Shown one piece after another: positions 1-10,836 of a stretch of DNA of 64,000 bases. A program made the translations under genes and the position numbers. Position 1 is the first letter of the stretch. Each line of letters opens with the position of its first letter. Under the pieces are notes generated by a model. That model saw only the letters and a program-made list of their open reading frames with translations. It ran no database searches and was not told where the DNA came from. Location of the stretch: the NCBI RefSeq assembly GCF_033153115.1, contig NW_026889774.1, forward strand, positions 8,122,001-8,186,000, given 5' to 3'. Source of the stretch: Saccostrea echinata (taxonomy: Eukaryota).

Positions 1-134
1 TTACATTGGGCCAATGTCATTTGCCAACATTGGCCCAATGTAACAGATGACGTTGGCCCAATGTTAGCTTGCTGTCTGGGAAAATGATTAGGCTATATGC
101 GTAAATTCATATTAAGTTCGCTACAAGCGTGTTT

Positions 135-137
<3 letters not shown>

Positions 138-187
<50 letters not shown>
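138..187. repeat. (CT)n followed by (AT)n microsatellite in the intron just before the vanin acceptor
   Basis: Read directly from the sequence. Confidence 0.95.
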
Positions 188-206
188 ATGTATGTATTTG
201 TTTTAG

Positions 207-1490
207 CTCGTTGACATCATTGTATTTCCGGAAGACGGTATAACACATTATTGGCACACTCGTCAATCTGCACGATCTTATTTGGAGTTTATTCCTGATC
301 CAAAAAAAGAAAAATGGAATTCTTGCAACGATCCCCATCGGTATCCAAACACTGAGGTACAACATTTCCTGAGTTGTCTAGCCAAAAACAACTCTCTTTA
401 CCTAGTTGCAAACATTGGGGACGTTCAACCCTGTAATCATAATAGTACGTCAAAGACGTGTCCATCGGACGGACATTTTCAGTATAATACAGATGTTGTT
501 TACGATGGCAACGGGATGTTGATTGCTAAATATCACAAAATTAATTTATTTCATGAACATATGTATGATCCTTCAACCTCCAAGGAAGTTGTTCATTTTC
601 AAACACCATTTGGAACATTTGCTGTTTTCACATGTTTTGATGTCATGTTCAGAAATCCGACCGAAATCTTATTAAGAGAACAAGGTATAAGAAACGTAGT
701 TTTTCCGACAGGCTGGATGGACGTTTTACCTTTCCTTGCTGCCATAGAATTCCACTCGGCCGTTGCTGCAGGATTTGGAGTAAATTATCTTGCAGCAAAT
801 TTGCATATTCCAGAGTATCGATTCCAGGGAAGTGGGATCTATTCACCAAACGGAGCTCTCGCATACTATTACAACAGTACAGTATCAAGCAAGGGTAAAC
901 TACTGATTGCAGATGTACCAATATTAGATAATCATCCTCCATATCTTCCAAACCAGAATCGTCCTGTGCCAAACGGTATGATGGATCACAACATAAGAAA
1001 TCCACCAAGTTTTCGAGCAGTCACAAACAGGGATTTCTACAACTACGTTGCACTTGACAAAGCAACTGACCATGTTCGAGTTTGTCACAATAAACTTTGC
1101 TGTATTGCCTACTACACTACTACAAAAAATTTCACGGAGTTGTTTGCTCTTGCTGCTTATGATGGTTTACATTCCTCGTACTATATCCAAGTCTGTGGCA
1201 TTGTGAAATGCAAAACATATAACCGGTCGTCATGTGGAGAAGGATCTAAAACATCAACCACGTTCTTTTCTCATCTTTCGATTCAAGGAACATTTACAAC
1301 GGACTTTGTCTTCCCAGAGATTCTTCTTTATGGAAATGGCAGTTTCCAGTTGTCACCTCCGGGAAATTGGTCATACAATAGTAAGATGCTCCAAGCACCG
1401 AAAGGGTTTGATAAACCTCTTGTTACCTTTTCCATGTTTTCTAGAGATTACAGTCGTGACCGTATCCGAACCGTTGATATCCTCGGATAA
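207..1490 (+). CDS. Terminal coding exon of a vanin/pantetheinase/biotinidase-family (nitrilase superfamily) amidohydrolase
   Basis: Acceptor ttttAG at 201-206, then in-frame LVDIIVFPEDG (catalytic Glu), YHKINLF (Lys) and FTCFD (Cys). Also YLEFIPDP, FQYNTDVVYD, GSGIY and the Cys-rich C-terminal base domain (VCHNKLCC...YIQVC...FPE). Stop at 1488-1490; AATAAA at ~1565 and ~1625. N-terminal exon(s) lie upstream of the window. Confidence 0.93.
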   Translation, partial: LVDIIVFPEDGITHYWHTRQSARSYLEFIPDPKKEKWNSCNDPHRYPNTEVQHFLSCLAKNNSLYLVANIGDVQPCNHNSTSKTCPSDGHFQYNTDVVYDGNGMLIAKYHKINLFHEHMYDPSTSKEVVHFQTPFGTFAVFTCFDVMFRNPTEILLREQGIRNVVFPTGWMDVLPFLAAIEFHSAVAAGFGVNYLAANLHIPEYRFQGSGIYSPNGALAYYYNSTVSSKGKLLIADVPILDNHPPYLPNQNRPVPNGMMDHNIRNPPSFRAVTNRDFYNYVALDKATDHVRVCHNKLCCIAYYTTTKNFTELFALAAYDGLHSSYYIQVCGIVKCKTYNRSSCGEGSKTSTTFFSHLSIQGTFTTDFVFPEILLYGNGSFQLSPPGNWSYNSKMLQAPKGFDKPLVTFSMFSRDYSRDRIRTVDILG

Positions 1491-2830
1491 CTTGCAATGA
1501 AACTTATGATTGCATGAAACAAAGTAATTATATGAAACTAAACGCTGTAGAATTATAACGAGCAATAAAGCCCCGAAGATGCATATTTAGGACGGTTCTG
1601 TACTAACCAATATTCTCATACAACAATAAAAAAAAAAGAAATAATTCTGAAAGAGGGAATTAAGCTCATGGCTTTAGATTTTTCATTTCATCGCTAATAA
1701 ACATTACAATAACTGCTATCATTAGTTTTCATTATCTCACCAAGAGTTTTATGTCACCTGAGTCACTCAGATGATCTATTGCTATCTGTTTTTATCCGTC
1801 GTCGTCCGTCGTGCGTCGGTCGTAAACTTTTGAACATTTTCAGCTTCTTCTCTTGAACCGTAAACCAATTTCAATCAATTTTGGCATATAGCATCAGGTG
1901 GTAAAGGGGTACATGGACAACAATTATGAATTTCATTGTCCCTGCCCCGTTGGGGCCTGGGGAGGGGGCTAAAACCATTAAAATGAGTGCTATCTTTAAA
2001 AATCTTTTCTTTACTCCTGGACATCAAGCAGTGAAGGTGTTGGCATGATTGTAATAAGCATTGAACCATCTACCAAATTTGTGAAATTCATTGCCCCAGG
2101 GTCAAGGGTTCTGAAGTTAGGGCGGGGCTCTAATGATATATAGTGAAAATGCATAAATTCTTTAAAACTCATCTTCTCTTCTCATGCATATGGAAAATCT
2201 AATAGTGCATGATTATGATGAGCAAGGGTGTCTTCCAAAATTGTGAAATTTGTTGCCCCAGGGTCAGGGGTTCTGGAGTTAGGGCGAGTCTCTAATGATC
2301 ATATAGAGAAAATGCTTAAATTCTGTAAAATTCTTCTATCCCCCTGTATATTTAGGAGATAAATCAGATGCAAATGTGCTTCTTCCAAAATTTGTGGCCC
2401 CAGGGCCAGGTGCTCTGGCGTTAGGGTGGGGCTTTAATGATCATATAGTGAAAATGCATGAGTTATTTAAAACTCTTTTTCTCTCCCCGTGCATATTTAG
2501 CAGATAAACTAGGTGTCTGGTTATGATGAGCAAGAATGCCTCTTCCAAAATTGTGAAATTTGGGGTCTGAGAGTCAAGGGTTCTGGCGTTAGGGCGGGGA
2601 TCTAATGATCGTATAGTGAAAACGCATAAATTCTTTAAAACTCTTCTCCTCTTTCCCTGTATATTAAGAAGAAAAACTAGGCGCCTGGTTATGATGAGCA
2701 AGGGTACTACTTCCAAAATTGTGAAATTGTGGACCCAGAGGTCAGGGGTTCTGGAGTTAAGGGGGGTACTCTAATGATCATATAGTGAAAATGCATAAAT
2801 TCTTTAAAGATCTTCTACTCTCCCCTTGTA

Positions 2831-3870
2831 CGAGGGTTGTCCGGTAAAATCGTGGACAAAGCATTTTTATCGAAAAATAATGGGTGCACCTAGCTGAAAT
2901 TTTCAACAACTGTTTAGTTATCATATTTAAGTGCATCTTAATTTTTTGATAAAATATAGACAAAATTAAAGATGTTATTATGCTTGAATGTGCACAGCAT
3001 ACGACGCACGATAAAAAACCTGGGTTTCAGTGGAGAATACACAAGTATTATTTCAAAATAAAAGTATTAAATAGAAAAGGTTGGGGTAAAAATTGTTCTA
3101 TTTTTAATCCACTATCTACTATGTCGTTCTTTTGAAAATATCAAGACTTTGCTTAATCTTTGGCAGTTTTCCGAGCATTTGAAATGAGAAAGTGGTAAAA
3201 ACAACACGCGAAAAATGGCGACATTTGATGGCGTTACGGCGCACCGGAGAGCAGTTAAGCTTGATTTAGATGTAGAAATGACGCCCTAAGAGACTTTAAA
3301 TGACTTCAGAAGAAAAATATATATCTTTAGTATACAAGTGAAATGGGAGTTTTCTAAGCGGAAGCTTTTTGATCGAGTCCCTGAGTAAAACAAAACATAC
3401 GGAAACATACTGGCAATAGCGAAAGACGCTGTCACTGTAGACCATCGATATAAGATACCCTATTTAGTTGAATGATAGTGAGAGTACTGTCCATAACTTA
3501 CTAATAAATCTTCAGAAGGTCCCATGTGTGTGCGAGATTGGTTCCTCGACTGTTTTTGATGGAATAAAGGGAAATTCAAGTACGTGCATCAATGAAATTC
3601 CCGAATTTAAGTGAGGCTTATCCAAATTTTTTTTAGCACAAAGGAAAAGTGACGCTGTTTTAGACACTTTGACCTTATCAACCATGCCCGTAAGGTGATA
3701 CCATACATAACATAAAATCTCATATTTTGTTTATTTGAGTATATATCTATTTGAAATTTTCTATGTATATTGATGAAAAATATACTAAAAAGTAGTGAAA
3801 ATTTTAGAACGCAGTGATGATAATTTTTCACTCTAGACAACTTGTCCACGATTTTACCGGACAACCCTTG
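2831..3870 (+). mobile_element. Degenerate mariner-type (Tc1/mariner) element
   Basis: TIRs CGAGGGTTGTCCGGTAAAATCGTGGACAA / TTGTCCACGATTTTACCGGACAACCCTTG, TA on both sides (2829-30, 3871-72), and an internal relic CARLVPRL at ~3529-3552 resembling the mariner WVPxxL motif. Confidence 0.8.
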
Positions 3871-5465
3871 TATATTTAGTAGATCAATCAAATGCATGGT
3901 TATAATGAGCAGATGTGCCTCATCCAAATTTGTGAAATTTGTGGCCCGAGAGTTAGGGGTTCTGGAGTTAGGACGGGGTTCTAATGATCATATAATGAAA
4001 ATGTATAAATCTTCCTCTCTGCTCCTGGGTATTAAGCAAACAATCAAACTAAGTGTATAGTTATGATGAGGAAATGTGCCTTTTCCAAAATTGAGAGAAC
4101 AAGAGAGACCAATATGAGAAGGAATACAATTGGTATTCTAATATTGATGAAGCACTTTTGTTTTGTTTAATTAGAATGGTGATAGTGACAAATGGGGGCA
4201 GGTACAGACAAGTAAATAGATTCGCTTTGACATTTGTTACTGAGTAATAGACTAATTATTTCGAAATTCTTAACACTAATAAGAACACTTTATTAAAGGT
4301 TGATAACCTCAGCTTTTGAATTTTTCTTATGCAAGACACTTCATAAATGTACCTTGTAGAATTTGGAAGAATAATACAACTCATATTGGCGGAACTGTCA
4401 TGGCTTTTTATTACAAATTACATTCACAGTTAACATGCCACTCGCATGTTCATGCCCTATGCGCCGATCTTACCACTTGTAAGCTTTTGGCAGCATAGCA
4501 TTCACAAATATTAAACAAACCATATCAGAGCTGGGGGACCTGGAGACAACAGTATCCCTCAGCAAATGGTTACTTGTCAAAATTGCGCTAACACAAAACA
4601 GTCAGGATTATCACATTCACAGCGAAGTCCACAGTATTCTTCATCAGTATATAAGCCATGACGATTTCTGAAATTGAAAGAAAGCACACAGCAGAAAAGG
4701 AACCAAAAACATTTATTTAATAAATTTAAAAACTCAAACCAACCATAATATTTAAGGGAGGGAAGGGAGGGGATTTCGTCTGCTCTGAACAAGATGGGGA
4801 GTTGAAAAGACCTAGCGCATGCTCATTAATGCTGATGTATTATTAACCATAGAATCGTCATGATAGGACCATATAATTCCGGAAAACGGGTTGCTCTTTG
4901 TAAGCAATACGTAATTTCAAAATAGAAAGCAATAAGCGTCATTCTCAATAACTGTATTTATCTTTTAGGGATAAATCTGATTATTTCGAAATTCCTAACA
5001 CTAATAAGAACACTTTATTAAAGGTTGATAACCTCAGCTTTTGAATTTTTCTTATGCAAGACACTTCATAAATGTACCTTGTAGAATTTGGAAGAATAAT
5101 ACAACTCATATTGGCGGAACTGTCATGGCTTTTTATTACAAATTACATTCACAGTTAACATGCCACTCGCATGTTCATGCCCTATGCGCCGATCTTACCA
5201 CTTGTAAGCTTTTGGCAGCATAGCATTCACAAATATTAAACAAACCATATCAGAGCTGGGGGACCTGGAGACAACAGTATCCCTCAGCAAATGGTTACTT
5301 GTCAAAATTGCGCCAATTGGATTTCAAGCATAATGAAATCCAACCGCCATCAAAGCGGCTGAATTTTGACCACAGGTAAAATATACCATTCACAAATTAC
5401 ACACAAATTATTTCATAACATCTTCATAAAGCCACAACAGTTCCAATTCCAAAATTATGCACTGT

Positions 5466-6077
5466 TCACTTTGATGGATAAACAAAACCATTACCAGAGC
5501 AAAATTGCCTAAGAGCAGCCTGCATTGTTGACAAAAAGACATAATTACCTAAGGGAGATAAGTGAACTCCATCATTAAGAAAGAGTTTACTTTGAACAAT
5601 ACTGATGTCAGGGTACTTAATTGAAGCACCACCTGACTTTAAAACAAAGCTAGCAATAGAACTATTAATCCTAGATCTTGATTTCTCTGCAGCAACATTT
5701 GAAATTGAATGACGCCAATATACCCTGGGCAAAATATGTGACCAGACAATGCATGTCAAAGGCATAACCAAACTCAACTTGTTGATAACAGTTTTCATAA
5801 ATTTTTGTTGTCTTCGTAATGGGTTATTAAGTTTGGCAATGTCATTACCACCTACATGGATAACAAGAAACCTCGGATGTGGCTTTGTAGAGGACAGGTC
5901 AGAAATGACCTCAGAGAATTTGGCAAAACTCAACCCTGGTATTCCCTTCCATAACACCTTTACCCCTGGTAAAGAAAGGTCTGTGCCAAATTCCGGAGAA
6001 CTCAAAGAAAATTGTTCTGCTCTTTTAATAAGGGATGATCCCACAATCCAGATTGAATCTACAAGATTTATGAACAA
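5466..6077 (-). CDS. SGNH/GDSL hydrolase-like ORF of the Ngaro element
   Basis: Blocks IVGSS, GIPG, HVGGND and DGVHLS, located downstream of the YR ORF. Confidence 0.85.
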   Translation of the reverse strand: MFINLVDSIWIVGSSLIKRAEQFSLSSPEFGTDLSLPGVKVLWKGIPGLSFAKFSEVISDLSSTKPHPRFLVIHVGGNDIAKLNNPLRRQQKFMKTVINKLSLVMPLTCIVWSHILPRVYWRHSISNVAAEKSRSRINSSIASFVLKSGGASIKYPDISIVQSKLFLNDGVHLSPLGNYVFLSTMQAALRQFCSGNGFVYPSK

Positions 6078-6216
6078 TACATAAGCAATGATTACAATCT
6101 ACATAATTATGCACTTGAAAACAGCAATCAAATGAATCCAACTCCAATTATAATTTTGATATCAGGTTAACAACAATATGACAATGATGTAACCATCATA
6201 ATAACATTATTTGCAT

Positions 6217-7194
6217 CTAAAATGTAATCAACTTAGGTCTGAGATAATGCTTATATGCATCTGACACCCATCTTCCCTTTCTTTGAATTTCTTGTTCAGA
6301 TATGCCCGACAAATACATGTGAGTAGCAGCTCCTATTCTAAAAGAGTGCGTTTTGAAAGTTTTTGTTTCAATACCTAAAAATCTCAATGCTTTGTGTAAT
6401 ACACTTGAAAACTGGTATGCCGATAATGGTGTACCATTGATATGACAAAATAGAGGGCCATCCACCAGAGATCTGAATTGCAAGAGAGTTTCTAACAAAT
6501 TAAAACACACTGTTGACTCTACTGATTTGCTGATAGTAATGACTAAACCTTTTCCACTCTGATCTGTTTTAGAAAAACGCAACTTTAATTTGATATTTTC
6601 ATTACTTAACTGTAAATCTGAAAGGTGAAGTACATTTCTTCGACTCTTATTTGATGCTACTGCCATTTCACTTATTCTAAGAAGACCAAAAAATGCAGTT
6701 GCAAATGTAGACCCAAATAAGAAGTGCTCATATTTTGAATGTGTAACCATAGGTAAAACATCCAAAATTTTTAGTAAAAGCTGATATGTTACAGGACTTC
6801 TGATGTCCTTTGTAGGCTTAGATCTTCTTAAACCTGTTAACATTTTTTGCACAATGAAAGATTTGACTGGATTGTCCAATCCGTGCACTTGCAAACTGTG
6901 ACTCAGGGCTGATAAATATACATTAGCTGTAGAATGAGAAAGATTTTTTGATGCTAGAAAAGCCACAAAATTGATTACATGATCTACTGGAGGTGGCCAA
7001 GATAGAGGCAAATTAAATTGTAATCTGAAGTCATTAAATACAACCATGGCTTTGTCATATGCAATTTTTGTGTTGTTGGAGAGGCTAGCTTCTATTAAAT
7101 GATTGACATGCCCTTCAAAAGGTTCCAAAATTGAATAGGTACTTGATAAGGATGGCAATCTGCCCATGGTGCTAACTGCCTGAATCTGTTCCAC
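6217..7194 (-). CDS. Tyrosine recombinase of the Ngaro element
   Basis: Catalytic set GLLRISE (R), SKTDQ (K), HSFRIGAAT (HxxR) and GRW..AYKHY (W, Y). Overlaps the 3' end of the RT ORF. Confidence 0.95.
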   Translation of the reverse strand: MEQIQAVSTMGRLPSLSSTYSILEPFEGHVNHLIEASLSNNTKIAYDKAMVVFNDFRLQFNLPLSWPPPVDHVINFVAFLASKNLSHSTANVYLSALSHSLQVHGLDNPVKSFIVQKMLTGLRRSKPTKDIRSPVTYQLLLKILDVLPMVTHSKYEHFLFGSTFATAFFGLLRISEMAVASNKSRRNVLHLSDLQLSNENIKLKLRFSKTDQSGKGLVITISKSVESTVCFNLLETLLQFRSLVDGPLFCHINGTPLSAYQFSSVLHKALRFLGIETKTFKTHSFRIGAATHMYLSGISEQEIQRKGRWVSDAYKHYLRPKLITF

Positions 7195-8657
7195 TGCAAT
7201 CGAGAAATTGAATCTGCTATCTCATTTATACAACCTCTTACATGAACTGCTTTAAACTGAATATTAAACTTCAAAGAAAGCAATACTAATTCTCTCATCA
7301 AAATCATTACCCTTGTATTCTTAGATGTTTTCCGATTCAAGATTTCAACCAAAGCTATATTGTCAACATGCAAAATTAATTTCTTATTTTGTAATTTGTC
7401 TGACCACAAGTAAAATCCTAAAACTATAGGAACAAACTCTAAAAAAGTGATGTCTTTTCTTATATCAACATTCCACTCCTGTGGCCAACAGAGATAAGAC
7501 CAGGAAGTACCAAAAACCACACCACAACCCACTGAACCTGAGCTATCTGAATAAAATTGTACATTTTTGTCAGATTCCCATTCCAATTCTGGAAATTTTG
7601 TTGTTCCATTAAATTCATCAAGAAATGTTAACCACATTTGGAGGTCACTATGTATTTCTTTGGAAAGTCGTACAAAGTGATGTGGCTTAGAAACACCAGA
7701 CATTAAACCATATAAGCGGCATGTAAATGCTCTACCTGCTGGCAAGGCCTTTGTAATAAAAGCTAATGAGCCAGCTAAAGACTGAAGCTGCCTTAATGTA
7801 ATCTTAGATTTCCCTTGAATTTCAAGTATTTCTTTTTGTAAAGATTCTACTTTATCCTTTGGAATGAAAATTGACTGATTAACTGAGTCTATACCTAAAC
7901 CTAAGAACACTATATATGTTGTTGGACCTTCAGTTTTTTCCTCTGAAAGAGGAACACCTAATCTTTTACAGATATTTTGAAAAGAATCCATCATATATTT
8001 ACAATTGTTTGTTCCATGAGCTCCAGCAAATAAAAAATCATCTAAGTAATGAACAATATTTTTCAAGTTGGTGTTATACTCTACCACCCATTGTAAAAAA
8101 CTGGAAAAATTTTTAAGCAAAGCACACGATATGGCACAACCCATAGGTAAACATTTGTCTACATAATATTTATCAAGAAACTTAAAACCAAGCAGACTAA
8201 AATCTTCGGGTCTAATTGGTAACAACCTAAATGCATTTGAAATATCCATTTTCCCTAATTGTGCATTTGTCCCCAGTTTTTGTACCATGCTAACAGCTTG
8301 ATCAAAAGATGAATAATTAACTGAACAAATTTCAGGATTAATGAATTCGTTAATACTCTTTCCATGTGGAGCAGATAAATTGGTGATTAACCTCCAGCCA
8401 CCCTGTTTTTTAGGTAAAACTCCTATTGGGCTGCAATGAAAATTTTGAAATGGGGGGGCATCAAATGGACCCATTATGCGACCTAGGTCAATTTCTTTGT
8501 TCAGTTTAGCTAACAATTCATCTTTATGCTCTAATGCTGAAACCATATTTTTACAAGATACTGGATCCCGCGGACCCTCATAGTTCAATGAGAAACCAAA
8601 TGTAAACCCATGTAAAAGTTGATTTGCCTCAGTTTTTTCTGGATAATCTTGTAACAA
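7095..8657 (-). CDS. Reverse transcriptase-RNase H of the Ngaro element
   Basis: PKKQGGWRLITNLS, KMDISNAFR, LPMG and HYLDDFL; RNase H residues YSDSS, LEFVPI, HVDN, NEIADSISR. Confidence 0.95.
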   Translation of the reverse strand: MLQDYPEKTEANQLLHGFTFGFSLNYEGPRDPVSCKNMVSALEHKDELLAKLNKEIDLGRIMGPFDAPPFQNFHCSPIGVLPKKQGGWRLITNLSAPHGKSINEFINPEICSVNYSSFDQAVSMVQKLGTNAQLGKMDISNAFRLLPIRPEDFSLLGFKFLDKYYVDKCLPMGCAISCALLKNFSSFLQWVVEYNTNLKNIVHYLDDFLFAGAHGTNNCKYMMDSFQNICKRLGVPLSEEKTEGPTTYIVFLGLGIDSVNQSIFIPKDKVESLQKEILEIQGKSKITLRQLQSLAGSLAFITKALPAGRAFTCRLYGLMSGVSKPHHFVRLSKEIHSDLQMWLTFLDEFNGTTKFPELEWESDKNVQFYSDSSGSVGCGVVFGTSWSYLCWPQEWNVDIRKDITFLEFVPIVLGFYLWSDKLQNKKLILHVDNIALVEILNRKTSKNTRVMILMRELVLLSLKFNIQFKAVHVRGCINEIADSISRLQWNRFRQLAPWADCHPYQVPIQFWNLLKGMSII

Positions 8658-8715
8658 AATGTTTAAAGTGGTTACATTGATCGGTGTAAAACCTAGATCC
8701 CAAAGGCATGGATCT

Positions 8716-9831
8716 TTATTGCCGAAATGGCCTTGAAAATCTTGATTGGGTCACATTGGGATTGATGTTTTGACGACCGACATTGTGAGTAGCCCCTTTT
8801 GATGTACTATGGCTGGTTTGATTACTGTAACAGTTGATGGAGGGATGGTTTTTGCCGCACTTAAGACAAGAGTGTGAAAATCTACAATCTTTTTTAAGAC
8901 ATGAACCCTTCAAGTTGAAATCATAACAACGCTTGTGCTGGTGCAAATTAGAAGTAGGCTTGCGTTCAGCGACTGCTGCCTGACCCATGTAAATCAACCA
9001 TAATTCTGCATCAATGTTTTCCCAACTGATCATACTATTTTTTGAGCGCCTAAGTCTAAACTGAATGTCATAATCCCTCCACCCTAGTGTAGTAGACCGA
9101 GAAGCCCCTAGCCTTATTGAACTGATATACTTTATTATGCCCTGAATGTGCTGTGGAAACTTTTTTAAGTAGATGGCAGCATAAATCAAAAAGGAATCAG
9201 TCCATTCCGAAATGTTTGCAATTTTTCTATCCTTAGATTTATTTTTTATTTTAATTTCTCCATCTTCAAACACAAGCAGTTGCTGAATTTCAGCAGCTGG
9301 ATCTAAATGCAATAACCTAGCAAGATCTATATACTCATTATTCCAAATTTTTTCCTGTGTTGTCAATGGTATATTAGCCCCAAGATCTGATGTAATACTG
9401 ACTAGGGGATTAACATGCATACCTGGCTGATACACAACATTTTTTGTTGCTGTAGTCATAGAGGTGTCTTGAAGCAGAGGCTGCACATCTGGAATATTTT
9501 GAGATGCGGCAACACTAAAGGTCTGTTGCAGCTGAGGCTGGTCACCTGTGATGTTCACTGGCGGTGTGGCATTCACGGGACTGACCTCGGATGTGTCTTG
9601 TAGGCCACAGGTAGGAGCATAAATCACTTGGCTACCACTTCCCGCATGCTGTATTTGTGAGGACTCTTGTGTTGGTTGCACCGGGCGCGCCGAGGGGCCG
9701 GAAGCACGTGCAGGGCGTCTGGCATAAGGCGATTTTGTCTTGGATCTCCTTGTAGATCCCACTCTCAACAATCCAGTGCTCATTTTCTTGCAAATAATGA
9801 ATAAAACCGTCAAAGATTTTCTTACTCCCAA
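8716..9831 (-). CDS. Gag-like ORF1 of the Ngaro element
   Basis: IWNNEYIDLARLL, WRDYDIQFR and a C-terminal Cys/His finger CYDFN..C....C.FSH.C..C...H....C, as seen in DIRS/Ngaro ORF1. Confidence 0.85.
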   Translation of the reverse strand: MGVRKSLTVLFIICKKMSTGLLRVGSTRRSKTKSPYARRPARASGPSARPVQPTQESSQIQHAGSGSQVIYAPTCGLQDTSEVSPVNATPPVNITGDQPQLQQTFSVAASQNIPDVQPLLQDTSMTTATKNVVYQPGMHVNPLVSITSDLGANIPLTTQEKIWNNEYIDLARLLHLDPAAEIQQLLVFEDGEIKIKNKSKDRKIANISEWTDSFLIYAAIYLKKFPQHIQGIIKYISSIRLGASRSTTLGWRDYDIQFRLRRSKNSMISWENIDAELWLIYMGQAAVAERKPTSNLHQHKRCYDFNLKGSCLKKDCRFSHSCLKCGKNHPSINCYSNQTSHSTSKGATHNVGRQNINPNVTQSRFSRPFRQ

Positions 9832-10415
9832 TTATTAATATTCCAACATGTGTTCTATTTAATCAAGCAATGAAAATAAAATTCTGTTGTTTTACATTAC
9901 TATTTTCTAACAAATAAGTCAATAAATTTTAAACAAATTCCTTAAATATGAATTAATATGTTCGTCTTATGCGATTTTCATACTTAAATTTCTTCGATTG
10001 ATACAATACTTAACCGATGATACTTGATTTATTTTTGAACACCGATGATTTCGTCTGCTCTGAACAAGATGGGGAGTTGAAAAGACCTAGCGCATGCTCA
10101 TTAATGCTGATGTATTATTAACCATAGAATCGTCATGATAGGACCATATAATTCCGGAAAACGGGTTGCTCTTTGTAAGCAATACGTAATTTCAAAATAG
10201 AAAGCAATAAGCGTCATTCTCAATAACTGTATTTATCTTTTAGGGATAAATCTGATTATTTTGTTGCTCCCTGATCATCTGATTTTTCTTGCTTTTGGGG
10301 AACATATCCTTGATCATCTGTTAGTTTATTTTTGTTTTAGTTCATTCTTCTGTGGATTAGACCTTTACAATCAATGTTGAATTATACTCAGATTAAGGTC
10401 CTTGGGCCTCTTGTT

Positions 10416-10515
10416 TCACTCATATGAGACGTTACCACGTACCGCTGAAGGGCTTCAAATTCTTTACTCGGCACTCAGGGCCATTGAGCAGTGAGGGTTC
10501 TTTATCGTGCCAACG
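10416..10515 (-). mobile_element. Fragment of the tRNA-derived SINE family
   Basis: Reverse-complement similarity (ggccattgagcagtgaggg, cactcatat) to the copies at 25803 and 50296. Confidence 0.6.
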
Positions 10516-10836
10516 CCCACCCAGCTGCAATAATGTAGCCCTCTCCGATTTTTTTTAAATCTGATTTTTTCTGGAGAGGTCTAAAATTGATAAATAAAAG
10601 CATTCCATGTGATATTTTTTTTACGTAAACAGCGATATTAATGTTTAAAATAAGTATATTGTATATTAACATATCATCCCAAAATTTTACATTACTGATA
10701 TCAATTTTAAGAAAGTTTCAGCTTTGAAATCTCATAAAAGTTCCAAACTAAGTTTCAAAGTTAATCAAAATATCAAAGTATTTAATAAAGTTAATAATAG
10801 TAAACTAGAGTTAACTATATTTTTATACTACAGCAA

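Larger units (their letters stand above)
4255..10261 (-). mobile_element. Full-length Ngaro-type (DIRS order) tyrosine-recombinase retrotransposon
   Basis: Split direct repeats in the order A1(10047-10261)-ORFs-B1(4980-5313)-A2(4772-4986)-B2(4255-4588) on the minus strand. ORF order is gag, RT/RNase H, tyrosine recombinase, SGNH hydrolase. Confidence 0.95.
1748..10415 (-). mobile_element. Helentron-associated non-autonomous element (HINE/pearl-like) with a ~160-bp tandem array, interrupted by a mariner relic and the Ngaro element
   Basis: Left end has the short palindrome gtcacctgagtcactcagatga and a (cgt)n/ccgt microsatellite. A ~160-bp tandem array (aaaattgtgaaatt...ggggttctggagttagggcgggg...atagtgaaaatgcat) spans ~2070-4090. 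The family-type 5' end (reverse of aacaagaggcccaagg) is at ~10398-10415. Confidence 0.6.

Noticed and set aside
4316-5223. Two identical 60-aa ORFs as a duplicated gene
   Set aside because: They are by-products of the two Ngaro B repeats.
5749-6084. Antisense ORFs over real CDSs (also 649-1008, 19347-19559, 21607-22116, 36115-40997)
   Set aside because: Shadow frames with no recognisable motifs.
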